A program made the translations under genes and the position numbers. Shown one piece after another: positions 29,104-40,204 of a stretch of 64,000 bases of DNA. How positions within the stretch are numbered: position 1 is the first letter of the stretch; each line of letters starts with the position of its first letter. This DNA is from Alphaproteobacteria bacterium (GTDB lineage Bacteria; Pseudomonadota; Alphaproteobacteria; UBA7887), in contig CBDCGL010000011.1 of assembly GCA_965216755.1 (NCBI GenBank), positions 3,040,001-3,104,000 on the forward strand, written 5' to 3'. The notes below the pieces were generated by a model that was not told the origin of the DNA, did not search any database, and saw only the letters and a program-made list of their open reading frames with translations.

Positions 29104-30050
29104 GCTGGCTGACAAATTTCGTACGCCCGAAGATTCGGGCGCTGGTGACCCGACGCGAAATTCCACAAGACCTGTGGGACAAGTGCCCGGCGTGCGAACA
29201 GATGATCTTTCATCGTGACCTGGAAGCGCGCCAGCGTGTCTGCCCCCATTGCGATCACCACATGGCGATTCGCCCCGCCCCGCGATTTGCCACACTGTTC
29301 GATGACGGCGCCTATCAGCGCATCGAGCTGCCCGCCGTCACGGTCGATCCGCTCAAATTTCGCGACACCAAGCGGTACTCGGAGCGGCTAAAGGATGCCC
29401 AATCGCGCACCGAGGCCGATGACGCCATCGTCGTCGCCCATGGCGCCATTTTCGGTCGTCAGGTTGTCGTGGCCGCCTTCGAGTTTTCGTTTATGGGCGG
29501 TTCGATGGGACAAGCCGTCGGCGAGGGGATAATCGCGGCGGCACAGTTGGCGCAGCTTCAGCAAGCGCCATTGATCGTATTTCCGGCGTCCGGCGGCGCC
29601 CGTATGCAGGAAGGAATCCTGTCGTTGATGCAGATGCCGCGCACCACGGTGGCCATCGATACCGTGCGCGAGGCCGGACTGCCCTACATCGTGGTGTTGA
29701 CCAATCCGACCACCGGCGGTGTCACGGCATCATTTGCCATGCTTGGCGATATTACTTTGGCCGAACCCGGTGCATTGGTCGGCTTTGCCGGCCCGCGTGT
29801 GATCGAGCAGACCATACGCCAGAGCCTGCCCGACGGATTTCAGACCGCGGAATATTTGCGCGATCATGGCATGGTGGACATGGTTGTTCATCGCCATGAC
29901 ATTCGTGCGCAATTGGCGCGTATCCTGGATCTATTGCTAAATCCGCGGCCGCCAGCTGAGGTCGTCGAATTGCTCGAATCAAGCTTGGATATTCCGGAAC
30001 ATGCGGACAAACCGGAAGCCGATTCGGAAACCGAAGAGACGACACCTTAA
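29100..30050 (+). CDS. accD: Acetyl-CoA carboxylase carboxyltransferase beta subunit
   Basis: C4 zinc finger, [27 protein letters not shown]. Confidence 0.97.
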   Translation: MSWLTNFVRPKIRALVTRREIPQDLWDKCPACEQMIFHRDLEARQRVCPHCDHHMAIRPAPRFATLFDDGAYQRIELPAVTVDPLKFRDTKRYSERLKDAQSRTEADDAIVVAHGAIFGRQVVVAAFEFSFMGGSMGQAVGEGIIAAAQLAQLQQAPLIVFPASGGARMQEGILSLMQMPRTTVAIDTVREAGLPYIVVLTNPTTGGVTASFAMLGDITLAEPGALVGFAGPRVIEQTIRQSLPDGFQTAEYLRDHGMVDMVVHRHDIRAQLARILDLLLNPRPPAEVVELLESSLDIPEHADKPEADSETEETTP

Positions 30051-30245
30051 AGCACGACACTGCCATGGCAACGGCCTGCCCATGGCACATATTATTACCG
30101 CACTGACCATTCGCGTAACGCATATTGCAAACGGGGCCATCAACCTGCCTTGGTAATTGGCGGCTGTGACTTGTCTGGGCGCCCAGGCGTTCTAGATCCA
30201 TATGACAGAGGTCGCCCCGCGACGACACAGCCAAGGACCTTCGCG

Positions 30246-30437
30246 ATGGCCGTGATTTACGCAGATTTTGGCAAGCGCAATGCCCATCGGCGCCGCCTGG
30301 AAGCCGGTTTTGCCGCCGCTGACAGGCTTGAGGGCGCTCAAATGCTGTTGGCCTGGCTGATTGCGGCCTTGCTTGGTTGGGCGGTCTTCTTGGCCCCCGT
30401 CGCCGCCTTGGGCTGGTTGTTCGGCTGGTGGTCCTAG
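30246..30437 (+). CDS. Small hypothetical membrane protein
   Basis: AAGGA RBS, MAVIYADFGKR..., hydrophobic C-terminal half. Confidence 0.45.
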   Translation: MAVIYADFGKRNAHRRRLEAGFAAADRLEGAQMLLAWLIAALLGWAVFLAPVAALGWLFGWWS

Positions 30438-30734
30438 GGTACCGCCGCAAGTCGTTTTTCTGACGCCGATTCGGGCCGCAGCTGACCGCGCCAGCCGTCG
30501 ACAACGACAAACCCGATCGCCGATACCGCGCATCGCACGACCTTAATCTCTGAAAAGCAACGGATTGTCCGAACGCGGACCAAATGCGTCATCGCGCGTG
30601 CATCCGGGTCCATGTTATGATTCGAACAGCGGCCTGACCCAAAATATCGGGCTGGGGTCGGTCGCTCAATATATTGAAGAAAAAGGAGAATGCCAGGTTT
30701 TCGAAGTTGAACGCGCGGGCCCCTGGGTCGTATG

Positions 30735-30811
30735 TGGCGCGCCCGGGAAGATTCGAACTCCCGACCCCCAGATTCGTAGTCTGGTGCTCTATCCAGCTGA
30801 GCTACGGGCGC
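30735..30811 (-). tRNA. tRNA-Arg (ACG)
   Basis: GCGCCCGTAGCTCAGCTGGATAGAGCACCAGACTACGAATCTGGGGGTCGGGAGTTCGAATCTTCCCGGGCGCGCCA. Confidence 0.97.
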
Positions 30812-31154
30812 ATTGCCAAGATTCTTGGTGTGTTTCGTATCGCGGGCGAAACCACCCGGCAACCCCAGGGCGTCGGCGTATGTCCAAAACCGAAGGGCCG
30901 GCGAACACTATTGAAATGGCACGAGATTGGCAAGACCAGCGCACGATGAGCAGCTATATTGTCGGCTGTGGTGTGCGCCTTCGATGGTTGGAAAACCGTC
31001 TTGTGACCACCCCGACCATTGAGTAAGATCCGGGCTTCGTGGGGGGGGTGGAAACGAGTGTTTTTCCTTGCCTTTGTTGATTGAGTACGGCGCCGCAGCG
31101 CGGACGTCGTCAGAGCACATAGCGGTGCTTAGGCAAAAGGACAAGCGTCTCCAA

Positions 31155-32456
31155 ATGACAAGTGTAGCTAGGCATGCGGCCACGCTGACCGTGGTTCTGG
31201 CGATCGCGGGTTGCGGGTGGTCGTCGGAAGGACTCTGGCCGTCGTCATCAAGCGACGGCGAAAGCAGTGAGGCCGCACCGGAAACGTTCGAGATTCCGCC
31301 GGTGCGTGCGGAAACACAATCCCAGCCGGTGCTGGAAGACTATGCGGGGGACCGAGCGCCGCCGCGCGTGGCCGTCGCCGACGCCGCGCCGTCGGTGCCG
31401 ATTGCCTCGCCACCCACCATGCCCACAATAACACAGGCGACACCGCCGGCCGATGCCGTGGCCGCCGGGGCGGACGCGGAAAACGCGCCGCCAACTGTTC
31501 CGCTTTATGTCGGGCCCGTTGAGATCGGGCCGAACACCGGCACGTTTGTCAGCCAAAAGGTTCAGAATCTCCGTGCTGAGCTTGACATCTTGCGTCGCGT
31601 GATCGGTGAACAAAATGAAGAATACAGGTCCGTCTTGGCGGGCACGGCGACCAGTTCGCAACGCTATCACGCCATGGTCGGCGCTATCGAAGCACGACTA
31701 CAGGTTGGCACCACGCCGGGCAATCCCGTGCTGGTCAGTCAATGGCAGAGCGCCCAAGCCGAGCTTGACAATGTCGTGCAGATATCGTCGCGGCTGAAAG
31801 AGCTTGCCAATCGAATCGCCGCCAATTCGGCCACGTCGGCTTACTTGGTCGGCTCGACACGCGCCGCCTATGGATTGCAGGGCGCGGTGGAGGAAGATCA
31901 TCGCCAGCTCGGCATCTTGGAGGATGAGGTCAACCGCACCGACGTATCGATCAGCCGCTTGCTGAATGAAGTCAATGCAACAGTTGAACGGCAAAACACC
32001 TACTTATCCGGCGAACGGCGAAATTTGACCGCCCTGGCGCGGGCCATTTCCGTCGGCGAATCATACGGTCCAAGTCTTTCTACCTTGGCTTATGGCGCGC
32101 CCGCACTCGGCCCGGTCACCGATATCCCCGGGGCGACACTGGGGGTGGGCGGCGGTACCAGCCCGTTGGTGGTGATTCAATTCGACCGTCCCGACGTCGC
32201 GTATGAGCAACCGCTCTACGCCGCGATCAGTGAAGCTTTGGCGCAACGGCCCAACGCGAATTTCGATCTCGTCGCTGTGACGCCGGCACGCGGCAGCCCG
32301 AGCGAGATGGCCACCGCGTCCGGACGATCAAAGAAGAACGCGGAACGTGTACTACGCGCCTTGATTGCCATGGGCCTGCCGGCGGAACGGCTGAATCTAG
32401 GCTCCCAAACCAGCAACACGGCAAGTGACAGCGAAGTGCATGTTTTTGTTCGCTAA
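31155..32456 (+). CDS. Hypothetical lipoprotein, coiled-coil with OmpA-like C-terminus
   Basis: Lipobox LAIAGC; Pro/Ala linker; helical core; AERVLRALIAMGLPAERL resembles the OmpA_C helix. Confidence 0.7.
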   Translation: MTSVARHAATLTVVLAIAGCGWSSEGLWPSSSSDGESSEAAPETFEIPPVRAETQSQPVLEDYAGDRAPPRVAVADAAPSVPIASPPTMPTITQATPPADAVAAGADAENAPPTVPLYVGPVEIGPNTGTFVSQKVQNLRAELDILRRVIGEQNEEYRSVLAGTATSSQRYHAMVGAIEARLQVGTTPGNPVLVSQWQSAQAELDNVVQISSRLKELANRIAANSATSAYLVGSTRAAYGLQGAVEEDHRQLGILEDEVNRTDVSISRLLNEVNATVERQNTYLSGERRNLTALARAISVGESYGPSLSTLAYGAPALGPVTDIPGATLGVGGGTSPLVVIQFDRPDVAYEQPLYAAISEALAQRPNANFDLVAVTPARGSPSEMATASGRSKKNAERVLRALIAMGLPAERLNLGSQTSNTASDSEVHVFVR

Positions 32457-32928
32457 CGCGTTTTTTCAAGCAGGCGCGTTTCGTCGGTTGCGGGCCCTGG
32501 GTGGGCTGAGCTGGACCATTTTGGCGTTGTTGGTTGGTGCCGCATTGGTGGGTCCGGTGGCGGTTGCCGCGGATGAGGATGTCACGCGGGCGGAAATTCA
32601 GCGCATTATCGAGGCGCAAATAGACGCTTTTCGCCGTGACGATAGTGCCGCTGCGTTTGGCTTCGCCTCGCCCGGAATTCAGGCGCGCTTTGGCACCGCC
32701 GACACCTTCATGTCGATGGTGCGGCAGGGATACCAGCCTGTCTACCGACCGCGCGCGGTCGAATTTGGTGCATTGGAAATGGTTCGCGGGCGTCTGACCC
32801 AAAACGTCCTGGTGATCGGTCCGGACGGCATGCCCGTTCAGGCGCTGTATCCCATGGAACAGCAGGATGATGGCAGCTGGCGCATTGATGGTTGCGTGCT
32901 GGTCGCTTTCGACGGTGAAGGCGCGTGA
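32440..32928 (+). CDS. DUF4864-like secreted protein
   Basis: IEAQIDAFRRDD..AAFGFASPGIQ..F..MVRQGYQPVYRP, WRIDGC; start uncertain. Confidence 0.8.
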   Translation: MFLFANAFFQAGAFRRLRALGGLSWTILALLVGAALVGPVAVAADEDVTRAEIQRIIEAQIDAFRRDDSAAAFGFASPGIQARFGTADTFMSMVRQGYQPVYRPRAVEFGALEMVRGRLTQNVLVIGPDGMPVQALYPMEQQDDGSWRIDGCVLVAFDGEGA

Positions 32929-32943
32929 GTTGCGGCGCGCGGC

Positions 32944-33876
32944 TTAGCCGGCGTCGCGCGGCATGATCGCGAGATTGTCAATCAACCGCGTGTCACCAAT
33001 ATGCAGAGCGACCAAGACCCGTGCCGGACGCGTCGCCCGGGTAACTTTTTCAAGGGTCTCGGAATCGCGTATCTCAAGATAGTCGATGTCGCCCAATCCC
33101 AATTCACGCAACCGCGTAAGCCCGCGCGGTATTTCGTTTTGTGCCAAGCCACCATCGGCCATTCGACCGGCGATATCGGCGAGCACGCGGTTGATCAATC
33201 CCGCGCGTCGACGTTCGTCCGGCTTCAAATTGACATTGCGCGATGAAATTGCCAATCCGTCGGCTTCGCGCACGGTCTCAACCGGCAAAATGCGCACGGG
33301 AATGTCTAAGTCTCGTGTCATTTGGGTGATCATGCGCAGCTGTTGATAGTCCTTTTCGCCGAACACGGCGACGTCGGGCATGGCTTGCATGAACAGCTTG
33401 GTGACGACTGTCGCCACGCCGTCGAAATGACCCGCGCGATGATCACCGCAGAGTCCCTCCGTGATGCCTGCGACGGAAACGGTGGTAACAAATCCGTCGC
33501 CATACATTTCTGTAAGGTCGGGCACAAATGCCAAATCGACCTGCGCCGCGACAAGCTTATCCAAATCCGCTTGTTCCGTGCGCGGATAGGTGCCGAAGTC
33601 CTCGTTTTCACCGAACTGTTTCGGGTTGACAAAAATGCTGACCACCGTGCGCTGACAGGCGTGCTGCCCGGCTTCCACCAACCGCATATGGGCGTCGTGC
33701 AGTGCGCCCATGGTCGGCACCAAGGCAATCGACTCACCGGCGGCACGCCAAGCCGATACCTGGCGGCGCAGATCGTCGACATTGCGCGCGATCGCCAACT
33801 TGGATTCGGCATCTGGAAAGGCATCGACCATGGCTAAACCGTAATCTCGCAGTTGCAGCACGTCAACGCGGCTCAC
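32944..33876 (-). CDS. panC: Pantoate-beta-alanine ligase
   Basis: VPTMGALH, SIFVNPKQF, FGEKDYQQL, GLAISSRN, RLIDN; alternative start at 33831. Confidence 0.95.
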   Translation of the reverse strand: MSRVDVLQLRDYGLAMVDAFPDAESKLAIARNVDDLRRQVSAWRAAGESIALVPTMGALHDAHMRLVEAGQHACQRTVVSIFVNPKQFGENEDFGTYPRTEQADLDKLVAAQVDLAFVPDLTEMYGDGFVTTVSVAGITEGLCGDHRAGHFDGVATVVTKLFMQAMPDVAVFGEKDYQQLRMITQMTRDLDIPVRILPVETVREADGLAISSRNVNLKPDERRRAGLINRVLADIAGRMADGGLAQNEIPRGLTRLRELGLGDIDYLEIRDSETLEKVTRATRPARVLVALHIGDTRLIDNLAIMPRDAG

Positions 33877-34049
33877 ATTGTGTCTTGGTTGCTGTCGGCG
33901 GCGTCTTGGTCTTCGTCGTCAAACAGAATCCGGTTGGCCGCGCCATCCAGATCGTCGAATTGACCGGCGCGCAGCGCCCACAAGAAAGCGCCAAGCCCGA
34001 GCAAACCGAGCCCAAGGGCCACCGGAATCAGCCACAATATGCCGCTCAT
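33873..34049 (-). CDS. ccoS: cbb3 oxidase maturation protein CcoS/FixS
   Basis: LIPVAL...FLWALRAGQFDDLDGAANRILFDD. Confidence 0.93.
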   Translation of the reverse strand: MSGILWLIPVALGLGLLGLGAFLWALRAGQFDDLDGAANRILFDDEDQDAADSNQDTM

Positions 34050-36445
34050 TTGCGCACCGTTGCACCGCGTTCGCGGCTGAGTCTGAGGGCGTTCAATGTA
34101 ACAATCAACGACGAGCTCGACATGGCGATCGCCGCCCATAGCGGGGTGATCAAACCGGCAATCGCCAGCGGCACCGCGAACAGATTGTATACCACCGCAA
34201 GGCCGACATTCTGGCGCATGACTCTATACGCGCGGCGCGCGGTCGCCAACGCGGTCGTGACCGGCGCCAAGCGATCGCCCATGAACACCACGTCAGCCGC
34301 GGCGCGGCTGATATCGGCGGCGGTGGCCGGCGACATCGATGCCCAGGCTGCCGCCAAAGCCGGCGCGTCGTTGAGACCATCGCCGACCATGACCACCCGC
34401 CGTCCCGCCAGGCGCCACGCCTCGAGGGCCGCGACCTTGTCGGCTGGGCGACAGTCGCCACGCCAGTCCCCGATGGCCAATGCCGCGGCGACGGATTTCA
34501 CCACCGGGTCACGATCGCCAGAGCGCAAGGCGACGGTAAAACCGAGATGTCGAAGCGACGCGATCGACGCCGCCGCGTCCGGTCGCAAAGGATCATCAAA
34601 CACAAACCGTATTGGCGTTTTGCCGGGCACGGCCAACCACAGTTCCGGGCCGTCCGCACCGGCGTCAGACGCGTTGCCATGGGGATCGTCGCCGATCCAG
34701 GCGCGACTGCCGAGACGCACCGGCCCTTGTGGTGCGTGCGCGATCAAACCGGCACCGGGCTGTTCGCTGACACCTTTGGCAACGGCGACATTGGGCAGTG
34801 TCGCAGCCAAGGCCCGCGCCAAGGGATGACGGCTGGCCGCGGCAAGGCTTGCGGCCAGTTTCAGGCTCTCGCGGTCGTGGGCCGAACCGGCGCGCAAACG
34901 CGGCCGGCCCAGTGTCAATGTGCCGGTCTTATCGAACACGACCATATCCGCACGGGCCAAGCGCTCGAGTGCGGTGCCCGACGTCAACAATATACCGTCG
35001 GCAAACAGGCGGCCGCTGGCAGCCACTTGAACCACCGGCACGGCCAGCGCCAACGCGCATGGGCAGGTGACGATCAACACCGCGACCGCGTGCAGCAAAG
35101 CAGTCTGCCAGTGCACCGCGCCGAGCAGCAACCATCCGGCGAACGTGACCAGCGCCAGGCCGTGTACCACCGGCACATAGACGCGCGATACCCGGTCCGC
35201 CAACTGGGCAAAGCGGCTGCGGTCCTGCTCGGCGGTCTCCATCAGGCGCACTATGCCGCCCAACACCGTATCGTCGCCCACGGCGGTCACGCGCAGCCGC
35301 ACCGGCGCTGTCACATTCACCGTGCCGGCGAACACATGCTCACCCGGGCCCGCTGCGACCGGCGTGCTTTCGCCGGTGACCAGCGCACAATCAAAGTCTG
35401 ACCTGCCATCGATGACAGTGCCGTCGACGGGAACGCGTTCGCCCGCCGTCAGTTGCACCAGGTCGCCTTCGTTGAGTCGCGTGATGGCCGTTTGCACCGC
35501 GCGACCCTGGCTGTCGATCCGCGTTGCCGCGGTTGCCTGAAGCGAAAGCAATTGCTCGGCGGCGTGGCGCGCCTGCCCCCGCGCGCGGTGTTCAAGCGTA
35601 CGTCCGATCAGCAAAAAGAACAGCAAGCCGACAGCCGCGTCGAAATATGCGTGGTCGGCGTGGCTCGCGGTTTGGCCGACACTCACCAAGGCCGCCAGAA
35701 CAACCGCCAGCGAAATCGGCACGTCCATGTTGGTGTGCCCGGCCCGCAGTGCCGCCAGCGCCGCACGAAAGAACGGCCGGCCGGCATAGGCAATGGCGGG
35801 GATCGCGATGGCCGCCGAGATCCAATGCATCAGGTCGCGCGTGACCGGGCGCATGTCCGATGCCGCCCCCGCCCACACCGCGACCGACAGCAGCATGATA
35901 TTGCCAGCCGCAAACCCCGCCACGGCCAGGCACCGCAGCAGGAACTGTTGGTGACTATGGTCGGCGTTGGCCAGCGCCTCCAAGTCATAAGGAACCAAAC
36001 GATAGCCAAGCTCAAAAACGCGCGCGGCCAGTGTTGTTGCGTCGGTTTGGCCGGCGCGCCAGGCCAATCTGAGGCGCCGGGTGGTCATGTTGACCCGCGC
36101 CGCGACCACACCGGGCATACGGCCGAGCGCGGTCTCGATCAGCCATACACAGGCGCCGCAATGCAAACCGTCGATCATGGCGTGGACGGTTACCACATCG
36201 CCGTGGCGTCGTTCGAACGCCGCCCAATCCACGGTGGCGTCGTTTTCCGGCGGCTTCGGCGGGCGCTGCGTGGGGTCAAGCTGGCGTCGGGCATAATAGT
36301 TGCCCAAGCCAAGGCCGCGGATCAGGGCGTCGGCCGCTTGGCAGCCCGCACAACAAAATCGCGCACCGCCCGCGCTTCCAGCCAAAACAGGCTGGCCGCA
36401 ATGGGCGCACGCAGGTGGCGCGTCGCGCCCGGCGGTTGCCGTCAT
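34046..36445 (-). CDS. ccoI: Cu-translocating P1B ATPase CcoI/FixI
   Basis: CAHCG/FCCAGC, HCGACVWLIE, TGES, CPCAL, DKTGT, GDGLND. Confidence 0.95.
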   Translation of the reverse strand: MTATAGRDAPPACAHCGQPVLAGSAGGARFCCAGCQAADALIRGLGLGNYYARRQLDPTQRPPKPPENDATVDWAAFERRHGDVVTVHAMIDGLHCGACVWLIETALGRMPGVVAARVNMTTRRLRLAWRAGQTDATTLAARVFELGYRLVPYDLEALANADHSHQQFLLRCLAVAGFAAGNIMLLSVAVWAGAASDMRPVTRDLMHWISAAIAIPAIAYAGRPFFRAALAALRAGHTNMDVPISLAVVLAALVSVGQTASHADHAYFDAAVGLLFFLLIGRTLEHRARGQARHAAEQLLSLQATAATRIDSQGRAVQTAITRLNEGDLVQLTAGERVPVDGTVIDGRSDFDCALVTGESTPVAAGPGEHVFAGTVNVTAPVRLRVTAVGDDTVLGGIVRLMETAEQDRSRFAQLADRVSRVYVPVVHGLALVTFAGWLLLGAVHWQTALLHAVAVLIVTCPCALALAVPVVQVAASGRLFADGILLTSGTALERLARADMVVFDKTGTLTLGRPRLRAGSAHDRESLKLAASLAAASRHPLARALAATLPNVAVAKGVSEQPGAGLIAHAPQGPVRLGSRAWIGDDPHGNASDAGADGPELWLAVPGKTPIRFVFDDPLRPDAAASIASLRHLGFTVALRSGDRDPVVKSVAAALAIGDWRGDCRPADKVAALEAWRLAGRRVVMVGDGLNDAPALAAAWASMSPATAADISRAAADVVFMGDRLAPVTTALATARRAYRVMRQNVGLAVVYNLFAVPLAIAGLITPLWAAIAMSSSSLIVTLNALRLSRERGATVRK

Positions 36446-36960
36446 TTTACATAAAGGCGCGCGTGTGTTTGATAGCGGTCGGAACGGCGCGCCGCTTGGA
36501 CATGGACGTCCCAAATTCCCAACAATGGCACGTCGACCGCAGCCGTGTAACGTCCGGCGCCGGTCGCCCGCAAGGCCAAATCCTGATCGTATCCTTCATG
36601 GGTCGGCCGCCGCCAAGCGGCGACCATGGCCAGATCGGTCACCGGCCGGCCATCTCGATCTTGAACGGTCACCAGCAAACGGCCGGATGCGCTTCCAGCC
36701 GGCACGCCGGCGCCGTCGTCCGGCTCGAACGTCACCTTCGCCGTCCACCCCAGCTGGTTCTGCTGGTCTTGCGCAGCCAGCGCGTCGTTGTAGTGGAGGC
36801 CCTTTTGGTAGTGGTCTTCGGTGGTCAGGCCGGTCCAACTGGTGAGCGCGAACCAGACGAAAATCCCATTCACGACGACCGCAACACCAAGCCCACTAAA
36901 AAGGACAAACGGGATCCAGCGCGATGTCCGTTCCGGCTGAGGACTATTTTTCAGGGCCAC
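36442..36960 (-). CDS. ccoH: FixH/CcoH family protein
   Basis: WIPFVLF..VVVN..FALTSWTGL...Y..GLHYN; operon position. Confidence 0.88.
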   Translation of the reverse strand: MALKNSPQPERTSRWIPFVLFSGLGVAVVVNGIFVWFALTSWTGLTTEDHYQKGLHYNDALAAQDQQNQLGWTAKVTFEPDDGAGVPAGSASGRLLVTVQDRDGRPVTDLAMVAAWRRPTHEGYDQDLALRATGAGRYTAAVDVPLLGIWDVHVQAARRSDRYQTHARLYVK

Positions 36961-38404
36961 GGAATACGCTTTCTTGGCGCGCCACCTCGCCCGACGCAAG
37001 GTCGGTCACCACAAACGCCACGTCGACGCTTTCATCGTCAAGCGCGCGCGCCGGCGCGCTGACCAAAACACGATGGCTCTCCAACCGATCGGAACCGACC
37101 GTTAAATCAATACTGTCTGGCACGTCACTGTCCAGACCAACGACCTTCATCTCGGCGCCAGGCGGCCCTTCGATCGCCAAGCGAAACGATCCCGTATCGT
37201 GATACTTGTTCAAGATCTTGACCGTGTAGGCATTGCGCACGCTGCCGTCCGATAGCATGACAAACAGGGGATTGCGATCGTGCAACACATTGACCGAGAA
37301 CGATGCCCGCGTCAGCAACGTATACAGCATCAGGCCGCCGGCCAACGCCATGACACACACATAGACGATCGTCCGCATGCGGATCGGATGGACATGGCCG
37401 ACCTTGCCTTGCCCACGCAAGGCCAAATTGGCCGAAGTGTCATAGCGGATCAATCCGCGCGGCCGGCCAACACGGTCCATCACGCCATTACACACATCAA
37501 CGCACAAGGCACAGGTGATACATTGCATCTGTTGACCGTCGCGAATGTCGATGCCGGTCGGACACACCGCGACACATTGGTTGCAGTCGACACAGTCGCC
37601 GCGCCCCTCCCACGACGCGCCTTTCTTGTGTGATCCGCGCGGTTCGCCACGATAGTGGTCGTAGGAGACGATCAGCGTCTCTTCATCAAACATGGCCGAC
37701 TGAAAACGGGCATAAGGGCACATATAGGTGCACACCTGCTCGCGCGCGAAACCGGCCAACAGATAGGTGCTGCCGGTCAGAAATGCGATCGTAATATAGG
37801 CGGGCGCCGGCGCCGAGAAGGTCACGAGCTGGCTCAGCAGGGTCGGCGCGTCGGCGAAATACAGGATCCAGGCGCCGCCGGTAAGCAAGGCGATTACCAA
37901 CCAAAGGCAATGTTTGGTGATCCGCTTGCGCAATTTGGCCAAGCTCCAACGCGCCTTGTCGAGACGCATTTGCGCGTTGCGATCGCCTTCGACATAGCGT
38001 TCGACAAAGATGTACAGGTCGGTCCACACCGTTTGTGGACAGGCATAGCCGCACCAGACACGACCAGCGAGGGCCGTGACGAAGAACAATCCGATCGCCG
38101 CCAGCACCAGCAGCCCGGTGATGTAATAGAACTCCTGCGGCCAAATCTCGATAAAGAAGAAATAAAAGCGGCGCGCCGGCAAATCGAGCAGCACCGCTTG
38201 ATCGGGCAAATGGGCGCCGCGGTCCCAACGCAACCACGGCACACCCCAATAAATCGCCAACAGCACCGCCATGGCGATCCATTTCAGCGTTCGATAGCGC
38301 CCCCTGACCGCCTTCGGAAAGATCTTCTGGCGCGGGGCATAGAAGGCTTCGCTCGCCCGCTGGTTGACGGCGGCGGCATCCTCGACCGGAACCTCGGTTA
38401 CCAC
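36944..38404 (-). CDS. ccoG: Cytochrome c oxidase accessory protein CcoG/FixG
   Basis: GRVWCGYACPQTVW, CVDCNQCVAVCPTGIDIR, CITCALCVDVC. Confidence 0.95.
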   Translation of the reverse strand: MVTEVPVEDAAAVNQRASEAFYAPRQKIFPKAVRGRYRTLKWIAMAVLLAIYWGVPWLRWDRGAHLPDQAVLLDLPARRFYFFFIEIWPQEFYYITGLLVLAAIGLFFVTALAGRVWCGYACPQTVWTDLYIFVERYVEGDRNAQMRLDKARWSLAKLRKRITKHCLWLVIALLTGGAWILYFADAPTLLSQLVTFSAPAPAYITIAFLTGSTYLLAGFAREQVCTYMCPYARFQSAMFDEETLIVSYDHYRGEPRGSHKKGASWEGRGDCVDCNQCVAVCPTGIDIRDGQQMQCITCALCVDVCNGVMDRVGRPRGLIRYDTSANLALRGQGKVGHVHPIRMRTIVYVCVMALAGGLMLYTLLTRASFSVNVLHDRNPLFVMLSDGSVRNAYTVKILNKYHDTGSFRLAIEGPPGAEMKVVGLDSDVPDSIDLTVGSDRLESHRVLVSAPARALDDESVDVAFVVTDLASGEVARQESVFRGPEK

Positions 38405-38419
38405 TGCCGCCGTTTCATG

Positions 38420-39292
38420 CTACTGGCCCCCACCCAAGGCGTGCACATAGACCGCCAATTGTTTGATCGTCGCATCGTCCAACCGTCCGGCCCAAGCCGG
38501 CATGTGGCCCGCGCGCGCATAGCTTATGATGTCGACGATCGTATCCTTGTCGCTGCCATAGAGCCAGATGGCGTCGTTCAGACGCGGTGCACCCAGATCG
38601 GCGAGCCCTTCGCCCTGTTCACCGTGGCACGCGGCGCAGTTATCGGCAAAAAGCGTTTCGCCGCGGCCGGCAGCGGCCTCGTCCGTGGCGGCACCGGTCA
38701 ACGACAGCACATATTCGGCAGTATCGTTGACCTCATCATCGACGAGCATTTCAAACGTCTTGAAAGGCGGCATGTCGGAAATGCGTGTTTCCTCATCGGT
38801 GGGCGACCGAATGCCGTGGCGGATGACCGAATAAATGGTATCGATGTCGCCGCCCCACAACCAATCATCGTCGTTGAGGTTGGGATAGCCGGGGCTGCCG
38901 CTGGCGCCCGACCCATGACAGGGCGCGCAGTTGTCGCCGAACGCGGCCGCGCCGCCGGCCATGGCGAAACGCAGCAAATCCGGATCGTCCAATACCGCCG
39001 CCGGCTCTGCCCCGTCAATCTGATCGACCCATTGGCTTTGCGCGGCACGCGCGGTGGCCATTTGGTCCAACACAACCTGGCGCTGGGAATAGCCGATGAC
39101 GCCCTTTGTATGGCTGCTGATCAGCGGCCAGGCCGGCATCACAATCCAATAACCGATCGCCCAAATAATGCTCGCATAGAGGACATAGAGCCACCATCGC
39201 GGCAAGGGTTGGTTTATTTCTGTCAAACCGTCCCAATCGTGGCCCGTGGTCGGCAACCCGGTGAGTTCGTCTTTTTTAATCTCAGTGGACAC
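38420..39292 (-). CDS. ccoP: cbb3-type cytochrome c oxidase subunit III
   Basis: TTGHDWDG, PLPRWW, two CxxCH motifs. Confidence 0.96.
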   Translation of the reverse strand: MSTEIKKDELTGLPTTGHDWDGLTEINQPLPRWWLYVLYASIIWAIGYWIVMPAWPLISSHTKGVIGYSQRQVVLDQMATARAAQSQWVDQIDGAEPAAVLDDPDLLRFAMAGGAAAFGDNCAPCHGSGASGSPGYPNLNDDDWLWGGDIDTIYSVIRHGIRSPTDEETRISDMPPFKTFEMLVDDEVNDTAEYVLSLTGAATDEAAAGRGETLFADNCAACHGEQGEGLADLGAPRLNDAIWLYGSDKDTIVDIISYARAGHMPAWAGRLDDATIKQLAVYVHALGGGQ

Positions 39293-39295
39293 GGC

Positions 39296-39442
39296 TCAAT
39301 CATCCTGAAAGGGAATATGGGCGGCACGGCGAAAGCGATCGCGATTGCGCGGCCAAAACGCCCATAAGGCGACGGCCACGAAAATCGCGACCATGACCAC
39401 AAGGGCAACGCTGCGGACGACGGTTAAGGCATCGAGTTCCAT
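39296..39442 (-). CDS. ccoQ: cbb3-type cytochrome c oxidase subunit IV
   Basis: Manual translation MELDALTVVRSVALVVMVAIFVAVALWAFWPRNRDRFRRAAHIPFQDD*; too short for ORF track. Confidence 0.9.
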   Translation of the reverse strand: MELDALTVVRSVALVVMVAIFVAVALWAFWPRNRDRFRRAAHIPFQDD

Positions 39443-39457
39443 CAGCAAAGGCTCCGA

Positions 39458-40183
39458 CTAACGAAAATCGCGGCTGGGGTCATAGGTCGTGAAATCGACC
39501 AACGTGCCCAGCATTTGCAGATAAGCAACCAAGGCATCCATTTCGGAAACGATCGTCGGATCCCCGTCGAAGTCGGCGACCACCGCCTTCGGATAACGCG
39601 TCAGCAAGCCTTCGTGATCGGCTTCCGGGTCGGCTTGGGCGGCCAGGTCTTCTGCGGCGGCGGCGACCATTTCCTCGGTGTAGGGTACGCCGACGACTTG
39701 GTTGGTGGCCAGGTGGGCGTCGATATCGCCGGCGTCGACCGCCCGGTTCATCAAAAAGCCGTAGCCGGGCATGATCGATTCCGGCACCACCGCGCGCGGG
39801 TCGATCAAATGCTCGACCTGCCACGCGTTCGAATATTTGCCGCCGAGGCGCGCCAAATCCGGCCCGGTGCGTTTCGACCCCCATTGGAACGGATGGTCAT
39901 ACATACTTTCCGCAGCCAAACTATAGTGACCGTAGCGTTCCAATTCATCGCGGAATGGTCGCACTTGCTGGCTGTGGCACACATAACACCCTTCACGGAT
40001 GTAGATGTTGCGCCCCGTCAATTCCAACGGAGAATAGGGTCTGACGCCGTCAACTTCTTCGATCGTGCTGTCCAGATAATAGAGCGGCACGATTTCGACC
40101 AAGCCGCCGACGATGACGGCCAACAAGATGAGAACACCCATGAGCAGCGTATGGCGTTCGATAACGTCGTGCTTGATGAGCAT
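39458..40183 (-). CDS. ccoO: cbb3-type cytochrome c oxidase subunit II
   Basis: [27 protein letters not shown]. Confidence 0.97.
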   Translation of the reverse strand: MLIKHDVIERHTLLMGVLILLAVIVGGLVEIVPLYYLDSTIEEVDGVRPYSPLELTGRNIYIREGCYVCHSQQVRPFRDELERYGHYSLAAESMYDHPFQWGSKRTGPDLARLGGKYSNAWQVEHLIDPRAVVPESIMPGYGFLMNRAVDAGDIDAHLATNQVVGVPYTEEMVAAAAEDLAAQADPEADHEGLLTRYPKAVVADFDGDPTIVSEMDALVAYLQMLGTLVDFTTYDPSRDFR

Positions 40184-40204
40184 GTTCCGCCTCCGCCGTA
40201 AGCT

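Noticed and set aside
37655-39367. Long antisense ORFs (e.g. 570 aa here, 58210-59400, 52244-53347, 33702-34829)
   Set aside because: Shadow frames overlapping well-supported genes in GC-rich DNA, with no recognisable motifs.
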